Source: Candidatus Enterousia sp. (GTDB lineage Bacteria > Pseudomonadota > Alphaproteobacteria > Rs-D84). Taken from it: a DNA stretch of 25,821 nt. Below the pieces are notes generated by a model. It was not told the origin of the DNA, did no database searches, and worked only from the letters and a program-made list of their open reading frames with translations. Positions 25,821-25,821 of this stretch are shown piece after piece; the first letter of the stretch is position 1; every line of letters starts with the position of its first letter. The stretch covers positions 1-25,821 of the forward strand of contig JAZLBQ010000016.1 of NCBI GenBank assembly GCA_045613785.1, given 5' to 3'. Both the position numbers and the translations under genes were made by a program.

Positions 25821-25821
25821 A

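Noticed and set aside
1-25821. Alternative genetic code or stop-codon reassignment
   Set aside because: Genes are full length and tightly packed under the standard code.

Overview
About 26 kb of a tailed (siphovirus-type, HK97-fold) phage or prophage, with nearly all genes on the minus strand. In transcription order (right to left): a partial ParB-like gene, an ABC-ATPase/GNAT fusion, small and large terminase, an HNH-like gene, a portal-MuF fusion, a decoration-like gene, prohead protease, major capsid, head-tail connectors, major tail protein, frameshifted tail chaperones, tape measure, a distal tail protein with a beta-propeller insert, a tail-tip protein, a lysis cassette (Cys-peptidase-like endolysin, holin, two overlapping spanins), a replication initiator with internal iterons, Zn-binding genes and a partial PD-(D/E)XK nuclease. 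The spanins imply a diderm host; a spirochaete is a tentative inference. Four observations stand out. (1) A ~1 kb invertible cassette (perfect 35-bp inverted repeats at 4734-4768 and 5698-5732) would swap the tail-tip C-terminus in frame, yet no recombinase is in the window. (2) GATC is strongly depleted and survives mostly as CCAGATC, and CCAG occurs almost only as CCAGA, which hints at a site-specific protective DNA modification, possibly linked to the ParB/ABC-GNAT genes. (3) A highly structured kissing-loop RNA leader precedes the replication initiator. (4) There are unannotated small genes or RNAs and a shared promoter motif. All counts were made by eye and no database searches were run.
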